In this document: positions 28,158 through 36,955 of the stretch, one piece after another
Layout: the number at the start of each line of letters is the position of its first letter
Position numbering within the stretch: the stretch's first letter is position 1
Source: an uncultured Rickettsiales bacterium
Lineage (GTDB): Bacteria; Pseudomonadota; Alphaproteobacteria; Rickettsiales; UBA1997
NCBI GenBank assembly: GCA_944391005.1
Contig: CALXSB010000118.1
Location: 1 to 46,191 of the forward strand
Reading direction: 5' to 3'
Length of the DNA stretch: 46,191 bases
Program-made: the position numbers and the translations under genes
The notes under the pieces: generated by a model
The model's input: the letters and a program-made list of their open reading frames with translations, nothing else
The model's database searches: none
Told to the model about the DNA's origin: nothing

Positions 28158-31100
28158 ATGATTATATTGCAAAATAAAAGAATACTAAAAGAAATTAAGG
28201 ATTATTGTTCAATATTTTTATTTTTTGTCCTTATTTGTATAATGTTTTCTGGTAATATGGCGTTTGGTGCGGCCACTTGCACTGCGTTTGATACTTCAAG
28301 TAGCAATTATTATAATGATAGAATGAATAGATGTAAGTCGCAAACATTAGTTCCATCAATTTCAGAAAACACTTCAACTGAGACTTTGAATGGATATAAA
28401 GATTTTGATAATAATATCCCTATAACTTGTGATATAAGTAATATTGAATTTGAATTTAATCCAGATAGTTCCACAAGTGATTATCAATACAACAACAAAC
28501 GTAAAGCATGTTTAGCTATAGCTTTAACATTTCAAAGCGTTTCAGCAGCATCATTTACAACAGCAGGCTATATATGTTCGGAACCCAGCACAATAAGCAA
28601 AGCTAATAAAGTAATATCTACTATTTCTAAAGTAATAGATACTCTATCAGCTATTGCTGATGTTGTTACAACCACCCTTTCTGCTACTTTAACATCATAC
28701 GTAATTGATCCAAGAATAAGTTTTCATACTGAGTTAGCCATTTCTGCAGGAACTTTAGCTGGTACAGCTATTGCAAGGCTTATTTCTACAGCCGGCATGG
28801 ATGGAGCTGCATGGACTTGTTTAGGAACGGCTGTAGGTCTTGTTGCTGTCTTGGAGGGCACATATTATGCTTCTTTAGGAGGACAGTTTGAAACTGCAAA
28901 AAAACAACTACGCAAAGTTAATGTTTGTGGTAATGATTGGTATTCCTATGCTTATACAGAGTATGATATGCAGAGGCCAATAAGAGAATGGTATCCTCAA
29001 CATGGATCGTTTTCAAATTCCTATAGTTATAAACTTAATAAAATAATTTCTAAAGAATATAATTGCGAAGGCTTTTTAGATAACTTAAATGGCGGCGGAG
29101 ATAGTAGTGAAATTAAAGTATCATCGGAAGCTTCAGCATGTAATGAAAGCGTTTGTAAAGCAGAAATTAAACAATGTTTAAGCGAAACAACAACCGCAAT
29201 TGATACAAATGGAAGAGCATTTACTAAAACAAAATCACTATCTGAATGTATTGAAGAAAGCAGTAAGAGCTGTAATTCATATTGTAGAAAATATATTGCT
29301 TCATGCAAGCCAATGATCTCTGCTTTAGATGGAGATGGTATTTGTGATGGTAATGAAGAATTTTGTAAAGATATAAAATCTTATAGTAAAAATTTAAAAA
29401 ATAGATTTTATAGAGAAACTTTATATAAAGGAAAAGAATTTAAGATAACAAAGGAATATAGAGGAAATAAAGATTATTGTTTTGATCCAAGATTGCCAGA
29501 ATCAAAAGGATTTAATGGATTAGAACAAAGGTATTATTTTAGAGGAAAAGAAGCTGCACAATATGCCTGCAATAGGTTTGTATATAGTGGGGGGGGATGC
29601 GTGCTAGGAGATGGAACTGTAATTACAAAAGATGATCTTACTGTGGCTGGTAATATTACACAGGAAATTGCTGATAGTAATGATGCAAAATGTGCTCAAG
29701 CGTTTGAACAGGCTAAAACATGCTGTCAAAATAGAGCAACTCTTGGTATTTGCGTATATGATGAAAGTGCTAATAATAGAAATAATAATACAATGTGCTT
29801 AAGAAGTGCTGATTCTGAAGAAACTGATGAAACATGCACATTAGATACAGAAGGAGGAACGAATCCAAAGTTTATAGCATTTCAGAGTCCAGAAAACAGC
29901 AGTGATACCTGTATAAAAACCATAGGTTATTGTCCATATGATTTCAATGTTGCTGGAGGAACTGTATTAGAAGAACAGTATTGCAACGGAGATTATACAA
30001 GTAGAACATCATGTGGTGATGATTATTATAAAATATGGAAAAAGGGTTCATTTAGAGAACCAACAATGTATTATGGACAGACTAAAAACTTCTGTTTTTA
30101 TAGAGCTCATTGCACAGAAATGGGAACAAGCGATTATGAATTTGCTGATATAACCTCAAGTAGATATTTACCAAAAGTTTGTTCAGACTTTATTGGCGAT
30201 TCACAAAATTTACCTGTGCCTTTTAGCATTATTGATTTAAATGGCACTAAGGACGAGTCAAAAAAATTAGTTGCCGGCGTAGACTTTAGTCTAGGAGAAT
30301 ATAGGGGATTTACTGCACCAATAGCACAATGTATAAGGGAAACTGTATATAATATGTTTAATAATGTAGCCGGACAAAGCTCCTGTAAAGATGGTTCTGA
30401 ACCTAATGATGATGGGTATTGTGGTGAAGATACAGCTGATAGCATCAGAAAAACAAAAATTTGTTCTAAGAATCAGGGAAAATTTTGTACTGATGATGAA
30501 AGTGTATGCGGAGTAAATGACGGTCAATGCGAGTATTTATATTATAATTATATAATGGGTGAAAAATTACCTGACGGTGATAATATATTTTATACTATTC
30601 AATCTAGACTGCAATTAATTATTAAATTGGCTGCCGTTATCGCTATTATAGTAATTGGAATTAATTTTCTTTTAAGAGGCGAAATGGCAATATTTGATGA
30701 TATCAGAAAGCCAAAGTTAATTATTGTTGGAATGTTAAAATTCGCAATAGTATTTTATTTTGCGGTTGGAGAAGCATGGCAGACATATTTTTATAAATGG
30801 ATTGATGCTTCAACTCAATATTTATATTATAAAGCTTTTGATTTATCTTTATTAGATTATAAAGACTATAAAAATCAGGCCGAGGTTAGTGTTTGTGATA
30901 TAACGACAAATACAGAGACCTGTGAACAAATATCATCATTAAAAGATAATGGAGAAATTTGTAAAGACTTCTCCTATACCGGCGGCGAACAGTCTTTTAC
31001 AGTTCCAGATAATGTTGAAAGTATTAAATTAGAGGTTTGGGGTGCACAAGGTGGAAATGGAAAATATTCTACAGGTGGTTTAGGTGGTTATTCTACTGGT

Positions 31101-33710
31101 AAATTAAAAGTGCAGCAAAATGACGTGCTAAAGATTATAGTTGGCGGAGCCGGAGGTTCTTCTGGCGTAGCTGGATACAATGGCGGCGGTAAAGGAAATG
31201 AAGCCGGCGGCGGAGGTGGAGGCAGAACTGAGATTTCTACTGACGATACATTATTAATTGTAGCCGGCGGTGGCGGTGGTGGTGCTGAAGCTGAAGGTAA
31301 AAATGGCGGTGCCGGCGGAGGCGGATCTGAAAGTGGTAGAGCCGGAACTGACAATGGAAATTGTGCAGGTGCTGGAGGTAAAGATGGTATTGGTGGCGGA
31401 ACAGGCACAACTTGTAATACAAGTGAAGTTAAATACGGAAAAGGTGAGGCTAGCAAGGGTGGAGATATATATGTAGAATCTGGATCCGAAAATGACATAA
31501 AACAAATAGTTTATTCCGGTTCAAATGCACAAACTATAGATGTGCCAGCCGGTGCAACTAAAGCAATTATTGAAATATATGGTGCTAATGGTGGAAATGG
31601 AATTAATAATAAATCAAAAGGTGGAAAAGGTGGATATGCAAAAGGTATTTTGAATATAACTGATGATATAAAACAAATTACAGTTGGTATTGGATCTAGT
31701 GGTGGAGATATTACAAAACATAATGGTGGTATAGCTCCTGATATATGTGCTTGTAATGGTGGCGCAGCAAATGCTAATTATGATGATGGTGCTGGTGGAG
31801 GAGCGTGTTCATGTGTAGTTGTAAATGATAAAGTTATCATGATTGCTGGCGGAGGAGGAGGAGGTGATTATTCTATTTTTAGCGATACAGGTGGTTCTGG
31901 AGGAGGTAAAATTGGAGGAGCGAATGGTACTGAAGAAATATTTGGAGGCACACAAAATGGAAGAGGTAATTGTGAACACATTGGTTCATTACAAGAATGT
32001 CCTAATAATAATGGGTATGGATGCAGTCCTATTACTTTTGGAGGTGGCGGAGGTGGCGGATACTATGGCGGATGTGCGGGAACAGCTACTGATTGGGCTG
32101 GAGGCGGTGGAAGTGGTTATATTGATGAAGATATTTTAACTGATGCCTCAATGGCAAATGGTAAAAATGAAAGTAGTGATGGCAATGGCTATGCTAGAAT
32201 CACATTTACTGATGATGATGGAAATATAATTTCTGATGATAATTCAAAGGGTATTGGCACTGGCGGCGGTGGTGCAGGATATGGCGGCGGTGCCAGCGGA
32301 TCATCGGGAAATTCTGGTGGTGGCGGTGGCGGATATGTTAATAAGACAATTTTAACAGAAACTAATGGCGTAACAGGATCAAATGAGGCCACTGGCAATG
32401 GAAAAGCTAGAATATGCTATACAAATTATGAAAAAGTAACTACGGATTATTGTAGCACTTCAGAAGAAACTCTTAAAGAGCAGGAAATAACTGATCTATC
32501 AATATTTGATAATGGCGAATTACCAACGGGACCATATATTATTTCTGAAGATCCTAAGGTAAATAATAATATAACAACAACTGTTGTAAAAACATATAAT
32601 AATTGCACTACAAAACCTAGTGTTGATAGTTCTGGGGCTGCAATATATGATTTTAGTGATAAATATGACGGATGTTATTTTGGTGATGCTAAATATCCTG
32701 AAGGAAAAGAATATTTGTCTATATTTGATAGTCTTGATTGTAAACTAGCTAACTATTTTAATTATGGACCAAGCACTGATTTACCTGGAATATTGCATAT
32801 GATAATATTATCACTAGTTTGGAGTCCATTGGCTTTAATAACTGTGCTTTTAGGATTTTTGATATTTATAATAATGTTAATTATAGTAATAGATATACTT
32901 TATATATTCCTAATGAGTATTATAGCTATTAATTTGTTAATATATGTAAGTCCTATTGTATTCCCTTCTCTATTATTCCATAGATTTGAAAGTATATTTA
33001 ATAAATGGCTAAATTATCTTATGAGCTTCTGTTTACAGTTTATGTTTGTTATAATATATGCTGGATTCTTAATAGGAAATTTAGATAATTTTGCTATGGG
33101 TAGTGCAAAATATGTTGGTCATGATCCAACAACAGGAAGACTCCCTTCTATAGAATGCAGCGGTGCGACAGACAGTATTCTTTGTTTGTTTGCTCCAAAT
33201 ACAAGCAAAGGAGATACTTATCTAATGGGCGAAAAGGTTGGAAAAATTCTTGGACTTGGTCCTATTATTTCAGTAGCCAATGCATTAGTTCAGGACTTTA
33301 CTGGAACAGTATTCACGTTGTTAAAATTCTGTTTAATAATGTATGTTCTAATGGAATTTTTAAAGAAGATGCCAGATTTTGTTGCTAAGTTAACTAATGG
33401 TACTGCTTTAAATGGTAAAAATATAAGTCTTACTGAGACTATGAAGGGAGTAAAAGATGGAGTTGAAACTGTTAAAAGAGGTGCGATGGGTATTTTAAAG
33501 GGTGCTGGTAATAAAGTTTCTAGTGCTGGTTCCTTCTTATATAAAGGTGGCAAGGCGATTGCTGATAAAGTAGAATCAAAGAAAAGAGATGAAGCAAGAT
33601 CTCGTGGCCCTCAAGATAAAGGTGGTGGTGAAGCGAAATCCGATGATAAAAATAGTAAAAGCAATTCTGGTGATGTCGGAGTAAGCTCTGTTGAGGAAAA
33701 AAATGATTAA
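28158..33710 (+). CDS. virB6: Giant VirB6/TrbL-family T4SS protein (paralogue 2, 1850 aa) with inserted glycine-rich modules
   Basis: AGGAG Shine-Dalgarno sequence. Collinear with paralogue 1: YYFRGKEAAQYACNRF, GYCPYDFNV, FTAPIAQCIRETVYNMFNNVAGQS, YDGCYFGD, FDSLDCK, and SPIVFPSLLFHRFESIFNKWLNYLMSF. It also carries an insert of about 485 aa. Confidence 0.72.
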   Translation: MIILQNKRILKEIKDYCSIFLFFVLICIMFSGNMAFGAATCTAFDTSSSNYYNDRMNRCKSQTLVPSISENTSTETLNGYKDFDNNIPITCDISNIEFEFNPDSSTSDYQYNNKRKACLAIALTFQSVSAASFTTAGYICSEPSTISKANKVISTISKVIDTLSAIADVVTTTLSATLTSYVIDPRISFHTELAISAGTLAGTAIARLISTAGMDGAAWTCLGTAVGLVAVLEGTYYASLGGQFETAKKQLRKVNVCGNDWYSYAYTEYDMQRPIREWYPQHGSFSNSYSYKLNKIISKEYNCEGFLDNLNGGGDSSEIKVSSEASACNESVCKAEIKQCLSETTTAIDTNGRAFTKTKSLSECIEESSKSCNSYCRKYIASCKPMISALDGDGICDGNEEFCKDIKSYSKNLKNRFYRETLYKGKEFKITKEYRGNKDYCFDPRLPESKGFNGLEQRYYFRGKEAAQYACNRFVYSGGGCVLGDGTVITKDDLTVAGNITQEIADSNDAKCAQAFEQAKTCCQNRATLGICVYDESANNRNNNTMCLRSADSEETDETCTLDTEGGTNPKFIAFQSPENSSDTCIKTIGYCPYDFNVAGGTVLEEQYCNGDYTSRTSCGDDYYKIWKKGSFREPTMYYGQTKNFCFYRAHCTEMGTSDYEFADITSSRYLPKVCSDFIGDSQNLPVPFSIIDLNGTKDESKKLVAGVDFSLGEYRGFTAPIAQCIRETVYNMFNNVAGQSSCKDGSEPNDDGYCGEDTADSIRKTKICSKNQGKFCTDDESVCGVNDGQCEYLYYNYIMGEKLPDGDNIFYTIQSRLQLIIKLAAVIAIIVIGINFLLRGEMAIFDDIRKPKLIIVGMLKFAIVFYFAVGEAWQTYFYKWIDASTQYLYYKAFDLSLLDYKDYKNQAEVSVCDITTNTETCEQISSLKDNGEICKDFSYTGGEQSFTVPDNVESIKLEVWGAQGGNGKYSTGGLGGYSTGKLKVQQNDVLKIIVGGAGGSSGVAGYNGGGKGNEAGGGGGGRTEISTDDTLLIVAGGGGGGAEAEGKNGGAGGGGSESGRAGTDNGNCAGAGGKDGIGGGTGTTCNTSEVKYGKGEASKGGDIYVESGSENDIKQIVYSGSNAQTIDVPAGATKAIIEIYGANGGNGINNKSKGGKGGYAKGILNITDDIKQITVGIGSSGGDITKHNGGIAPDICACNGGAANANYDDGAGGGACSCVVVNDKVIMIAGGGGGGDYSIFSDTGGSGGGKIGGANGTEEIFGGTQNGRGNCEHIGSLQECPNNNGYGCSPITFGGGGGGGYYGGCAGTATDWAGGGGSGYIDEDILTDASMANGKNESSDGNGYARITFTDDDGNIISDDNSKGIGTGGGGAGYGGGASGSSGNSGGGGGGYVNKTILTETNGVTGSNEATGNGKARICYTNYEKVTTDYCSTSEETLKEQEITDLSIFDNGELPTGPYIISEDPKVNNNITTTVVKTYNNCTTKPSVDSSGAAIYDFSDKYDGCYFGDAKYPEGKEYLSIFDSLDCKLANYFNYGPSTDLPGILHMIILSLVWSPLALITVLLGFLIFIIMLIIVIDILYIFLMSIIAINLLIYVSPIVFPSLLFHRFESIFNKWLNYLMSFCLQFMFVIIYAGFLIGNLDNFAMGSAKYVGHDPTTGRLPSIECSGATDSILCLFAPNTSKGDTYLMGEKVGKILGLGPIISVANALVQDFTGTVFTLLKFCLIMYVLMEFLKKMPDFVAKLTNGTALNGKNISLTETMKGVKDGVETVKRGAMGILKGAGNKVSSAGSFLYKGGKAIADKVESKKRDEARSRGPQDKGGGEAKSDDKNSKSNSGDVGVSSVEEKND
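29589..29596 (+). repeat. G8 homopolymer inside virB6 paralogue 2
   Basis: Direct reading: agtGGGGGGGGatgc, encoding S-G-G-G-C. Confidence 0.95.
30969..32424 (+). other. Glycine-rich (ALK/LTK Gly_rich-like) module region within virB6 paralogue 2
   Basis: There are two module starts: FSYTGGEQSFTVPDNVESIKLEVWGAQGGNG and VYSGSNAQTIDVPAGATKAIIEIYGANGGNG. Poly-Gly runs GGGGGG follow. There are two module ends: GGGGSGYIDEDIL...GNGYARITF and GGGGGGYVNKTIL...GNGKARICY. The region is a local GC-rich island. Confidence 0.6.
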
Positions 33711-33742
33711 TAATATTGAAGTGTAATATTAGTAAGTTTTAA

Positions 33743-34552
33743 ATGATAAATAATAATATAGCACTTCAAATTATAAAAAAATATAATTTATCTACTAAGA
33801 AAAAGTTCGGACAAAATTTCTTAGTAGATGAATCTCTGTTAGATAAGATTGTTTTAAGTGCTGGAGATATAAAAGGTAAAAATGTTCTTGAGGTTGGCCC
33901 TGGTCCTGGTGGTTTAACCTATTCAATTTTAAAACAATTGCCTAAAAAATTAATATCGGTTGAAATAGATAATGATTTAATAGAAATATTAAAAAGTGAG
34001 TTTGCTAAGTATGGTAATTTTGAGGTTCTTAATGATGATGCTTTAAAAATTGATGAGTCTATATATTTTGATGGAAAGATAAATGTTATTGCAAATCTGC
34101 CATATAATGTTGGCACTAGTTTGTTGATTAAATGGATGAAAAATATAAAATATTTTAGTAGTTTTACTTTGCTTTTGCAAAAAGAAGTAGTTGATAGAAT
34201 TGTTGCCTCTCCAAAAACTAAAGATTACGGTAGGCTGTCGATTGTTGTTCAATCATTGTGCTATGTAAAAAAGGTATTTGATATTAAACCAACGAGTTTT
34301 ATGCCGCCTCCTAAAGTTATGTCTTCGGTTGTGCATATTATACCAAAAGATAATACGGATAATATAAATGTTGAAAAACTTTCAAAAATAACCTATTATT
34401 TATTTAATAATAGAAGAAAAAAAATAAAAGGTGCTATGGAAAATTTAGTGTCTGCTAATATTGTTTCTTCTAATGCGATAAATTTAGTTGATGTTAATAA
34501 AAGAGCTGAAGAGCTTTCTGTTGAAGAATTTATTGCTTTATCAAATATGTAA
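33743..34552 (+). CDS. rsmA: 16S rRNA (adenine1518/1519-N6)-dimethyltransferase RsmA/KsgA
   Basis: FGQNFLVD, SAM motif VLEVGPGPGGLT, and NLPYNV. Confidence 0.95.
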   Translation: MINNNIALQIIKKYNLSTKKKFGQNFLVDESLLDKIVLSAGDIKGKNVLEVGPGPGGLTYSILKQLPKKLISVEIDNDLIEILKSEFAKYGNFEVLNDDALKIDESIYFDGKINVIANLPYNVGTSLLIKWMKNIKYFSSFTLLLQKEVVDRIVASPKTKDYGRLSIVVQSLCYVKKVFDIKPTSFMPPPKVMSSVVHIIPKDNTDNINVEKLSKITYYLFNNRRKKIKGAMENLVSANIVSSNAINLVDVNKRAEELSVEEFIALSNM

Positions 34553-34572
34553 AATAAACAATATATAAAATT

Positions 34573-34875
34573 ATGACAATACATCTTGCTGTAGTCCATA
34601 AAATTTTTCTTAATGCAATGATAAATGGTAAAAAAACAATAGAAACAAGGTTTACAAAAGTAAGATGTGCACCATTTGATAGGGTAAATGTTGGGGATAA
34701 AGTTTTGTTAAAGGAAAGTGGAAAACCGATTGCTTTTGAATATACTGTTGATAAAGTAGAATATTATATAAATGAGAATGATGGTCTTTTTGATAAATTA
34801 AAAGAATATTCAAATCAGATTCAAAGTAATTTGATAGAAAATTTTTGGGAAGACAGAAAAGATAAAAATATATAA
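34573..34875 (+). CDS. ASCH-domain protein (5' part; the reading frame continues to 34967 after a 1-nt shift)
   Basis: PUA-like ASCH N-terminus IHLAVVHKIFLNAMINGKKTIETRF...VGDKVLLKESG. The ORF stops inside an A5/TA run, and a stop-free frame carries on as TFIYIKDLK...RKGWVVLCE. Confidence 0.6.
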   Translation: MTIHLAVVHKIFLNAMINGKKTIETRFTKVRCAPFDRVNVGDKVLLKESGKPIAFEYTVDKVEYYINENDGLFDKLKEYSNQIQSNLIENFWEDRKDKNI

Positions 34876-34991
34876 CATTTATATATATAAAAGATTTAAA
34901 ACACGTAATAAAAGATTATAAAATATTTAAAAGGGATAGAAAGGGCTGGGTTGTTCTGTGTGAATAATTTTATTTTCTATGTAATTTATTA

Positions 34992-35020
34992 AAAAAGGAA
35001 GATTTTTATTCTTCCTTTTT
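34992..35020. terminator. Bidirectional intrinsic terminator hairpin
   Basis: 10-bp stem, aaaaaggaag with cttccttttt, and a 9-nt loop. It lies between the convergent ASCH gene and thrS. Confidence 0.6.
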
Positions 35021-35029
35021 ATTTTGTTG

Positions 35030-36955
35030 CTATAGGTCAAAACCGTTGCTTTTTTCTTCAACTTTCTTTTTGAGCTTGGAAATAAATTCGTCAACTCCCA
35101 TAGAAAATTGTTTGTCGCTTCCCAATACTCTTAATGTAATTGAATTGTTTTGTTTCTCTTTGTCTCCAACTATTATTAGGAAAGGAACTTTTGCTAATGA
35201 ATGTTCTCTAATTTTATAATTTAAAGTCTCGTTTGATAAATCTTTTTCAATTCTAAATCCTTGTTCTTTAAATTTAGAATATAATTCATTGCAATAATCT
35301 TCTACGTTTTCGTTTATATTTAAAATTACACCCTGCAATGGATTTAGCCATAATGGGAATTTGCCTTCAGTGTCTTCAATTAAAATACCCATAAATCTTT
35401 CTATTGAACCTAATAAAGCTCTATGAATCATAATTGGCTCATGTTTTTCACCATCCTGTCCGATATAGCTCATCTTAAATCTCTTAGGTAAGTTCATATC
35501 AAGTTGAATTGTTCCAACCTGCCAATCTCTGCCCATGGCATCCTTTAAAACAAATTCAAGTTTAGGCCCGTAGAATGCGCCTTCACCTGGAAATATTGTA
35601 AAGTCAAGATTTAGCTTTTTCATTGCATCGGCTAAAGCTTTTTCTGCTATATCCCAAATTTCTTCACTGCCAATTCTCTTTTCTGGTCTAGTTGAAAGTT
35701 TTATAATGACATTTTTAAATCCAAAATCTTTGTAAATGTTTAAACAAAATTTTGTAGTTTCAATTATTTGTTGTTCAACTTGATCTGGCGTGCAGAAAAT
35801 ATGGGCATCGTCCTGAGTAAATTCTCTAACTCTTAAAAATCCGTTTAGTGCACCGCTTGCTTCGTATCTGTTGACTCTGCCAAATTCCGCCATTTTTATA
35901 GGCAAATCTTTATAGGATTTTATGCCTTGATTATAAATTAAGATACCACCGGGACAGTTCATTGGTTTTACACAGAATTGAGTATCATCTTCCATCTTTC
36001 CGGAATAGTTATGCTCGCCATATTTTTCCCAATGACCCGAGATTTCCCATAAGCATCTGTTCATAATTCTAGGAGTTGAAACTTCAATATATCCGGCGGC
36101 CTCTTGTTTTTGCCTCATGTGGTTTACAAGAGAATTAAATATAAACAAGCCTTTAGGGTGATAGAAAGGTGCACCTGGTGCATATTCTGGATCAAAATGA
36201 GCTAAATCCATAGCTTTTACGATCTTTTTGTGGTCTCTTTTTTCTGCTTCCTGTAAAAATTCAAAATATTTTTCTAAATCTTCTTTGCTAGCCCAAGCTG
36301 TTCCATAAATTCTTTGAAGCATTTTGTTCTTGCTATCGCCTTTCCAATAGGCTCCAGCTACTTTAGTTAGTTTAAAGAATTTTAAATATCTGGCTGATGG
36401 AACGTGAGGACCTCTGCATAAATCTATAAAATCTCCTAGTTTATAGATTGTAAGCTTTTCATCAATGGGCAAATCATTAATTAATTCAACCTTATAAACT
36501 TCACCTTTGTCCTTAAATAATTTTATGGCTTCTTCTCTAGAAATTTCTTCACATGAAAATTTTATATCCTCTTTAATTATTTCGTTCATCTTTTTTTCAA
36601 TGGCAGGAAAATCGTTTTCGGAAAAAGGAGTTTTTCTATCAAAGTCATAATAAAACCCATTTTCAATAGCTGGACCTATAGCAATTAAAGTGTCAGGAAA
36701 TAATTGTTTTACTGCATAAGCCATTAAATGTGAAGTTGAATGTCTAATAATTTCTAGGCCTTCTGGCGAAAATTTATCAATAAATTCAATATTGCAATCT
36801 TTATTAATTTCTTTTGACAAATCAGCTGCTTTACCATCAATTTTCATTGCAATAGAACCTTTTGGAGCATCATCGCCTAAAGCTTTTAATACTTGAAATC
36901 CATTAACAGAATTATCAAATTCTTTAATAGAACTATTTATATTAATCTTGATCAT
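35030..36955 (-). CDS. thrS: Threonine--tRNA ligase
   Basis: 641 aa. TGS N-domain, editing-domain motif HSTSHLMA, class II core (FRVREFTQDDAHIF, GAFYGPKLEF), and a C-terminal anticodon-binding domain. Confidence 0.95.
   Translation of the reverse strand: MIKININSSIKEFDNSVNGFQVLKALGDDAPKGSIAMKIDGKAADLSKEINKDCNIEFIDKFSPEGLEIIRHSTSHLMAYAVKQLFPDTLIAIGPAIENGFYYDFDRKTPFSENDFPAIEKKMNEIIKEDIKFSCEEISREEAIKLFKDKGEVYKVELINDLPIDEKLTIYKLGDFIDLCRGPHVPSARYLKFFKLTKVAGAYWKGDSKNKMLQRIYGTAWASKEDLEKYFEFLQEAEKRDHKKIVKAMDLAHFDPEYAPGAPFYHPKGLFIFNSLVNHMRQKQEAAGYIEVSTPRIMNRCLWEISGHWEKYGEHNYSGKMEDDTQFCVKPMNCPGGILIYNQGIKSYKDLPIKMAEFGRVNRYEASGALNGFLRVREFTQDDAHIFCTPDQVEQQIIETTKFCLNIYKDFGFKNVIIKLSTRPEKRIGSEEIWDIAEKALADAMKKLNLDFTIFPGEGAFYGPKLEFVLKDAMGRDWQVGTIQLDMNLPKRFKMSYIGQDGEKHEPIMIHRALLGSIERFMGILIEDTEGKFPLWLNPLQGVILNINENVEDYCNELYSKFKEQGFRIEKDLSNETLNYKIREHSLAKVPFLIIVGDKEKQNNSITLRVLGSDKQFSMGVDEFISKLKKKVEEKSNGFDL

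Noticed and set aside
31088-32398. Pro-rich minus-strand ORFs (for example 31088-31498 with PPPPPP runs, and 32189-32398) and other overlapping ORFs in 31237-32139
   Set aside because: They are mirror-image artefacts. GGN glycine codons of the virB6-2 insert read as NCC proline codons on the opposite strand. The plus-strand frame is continuous with a 1850-aa protein that has clear homology blocks on both sides.
30969-32424. Whether the repetitive glycine-rich DNA, or the 46048-46142 motif repeats, could be a CRISPR array
   Set aside because: There are no regularly spaced identical direct repeats of 24-40 nt with unique spacers. The first region is in-frame coding sequence, the second has only 9-nt motifs at irregular spacing, and no cas genes are nearby.
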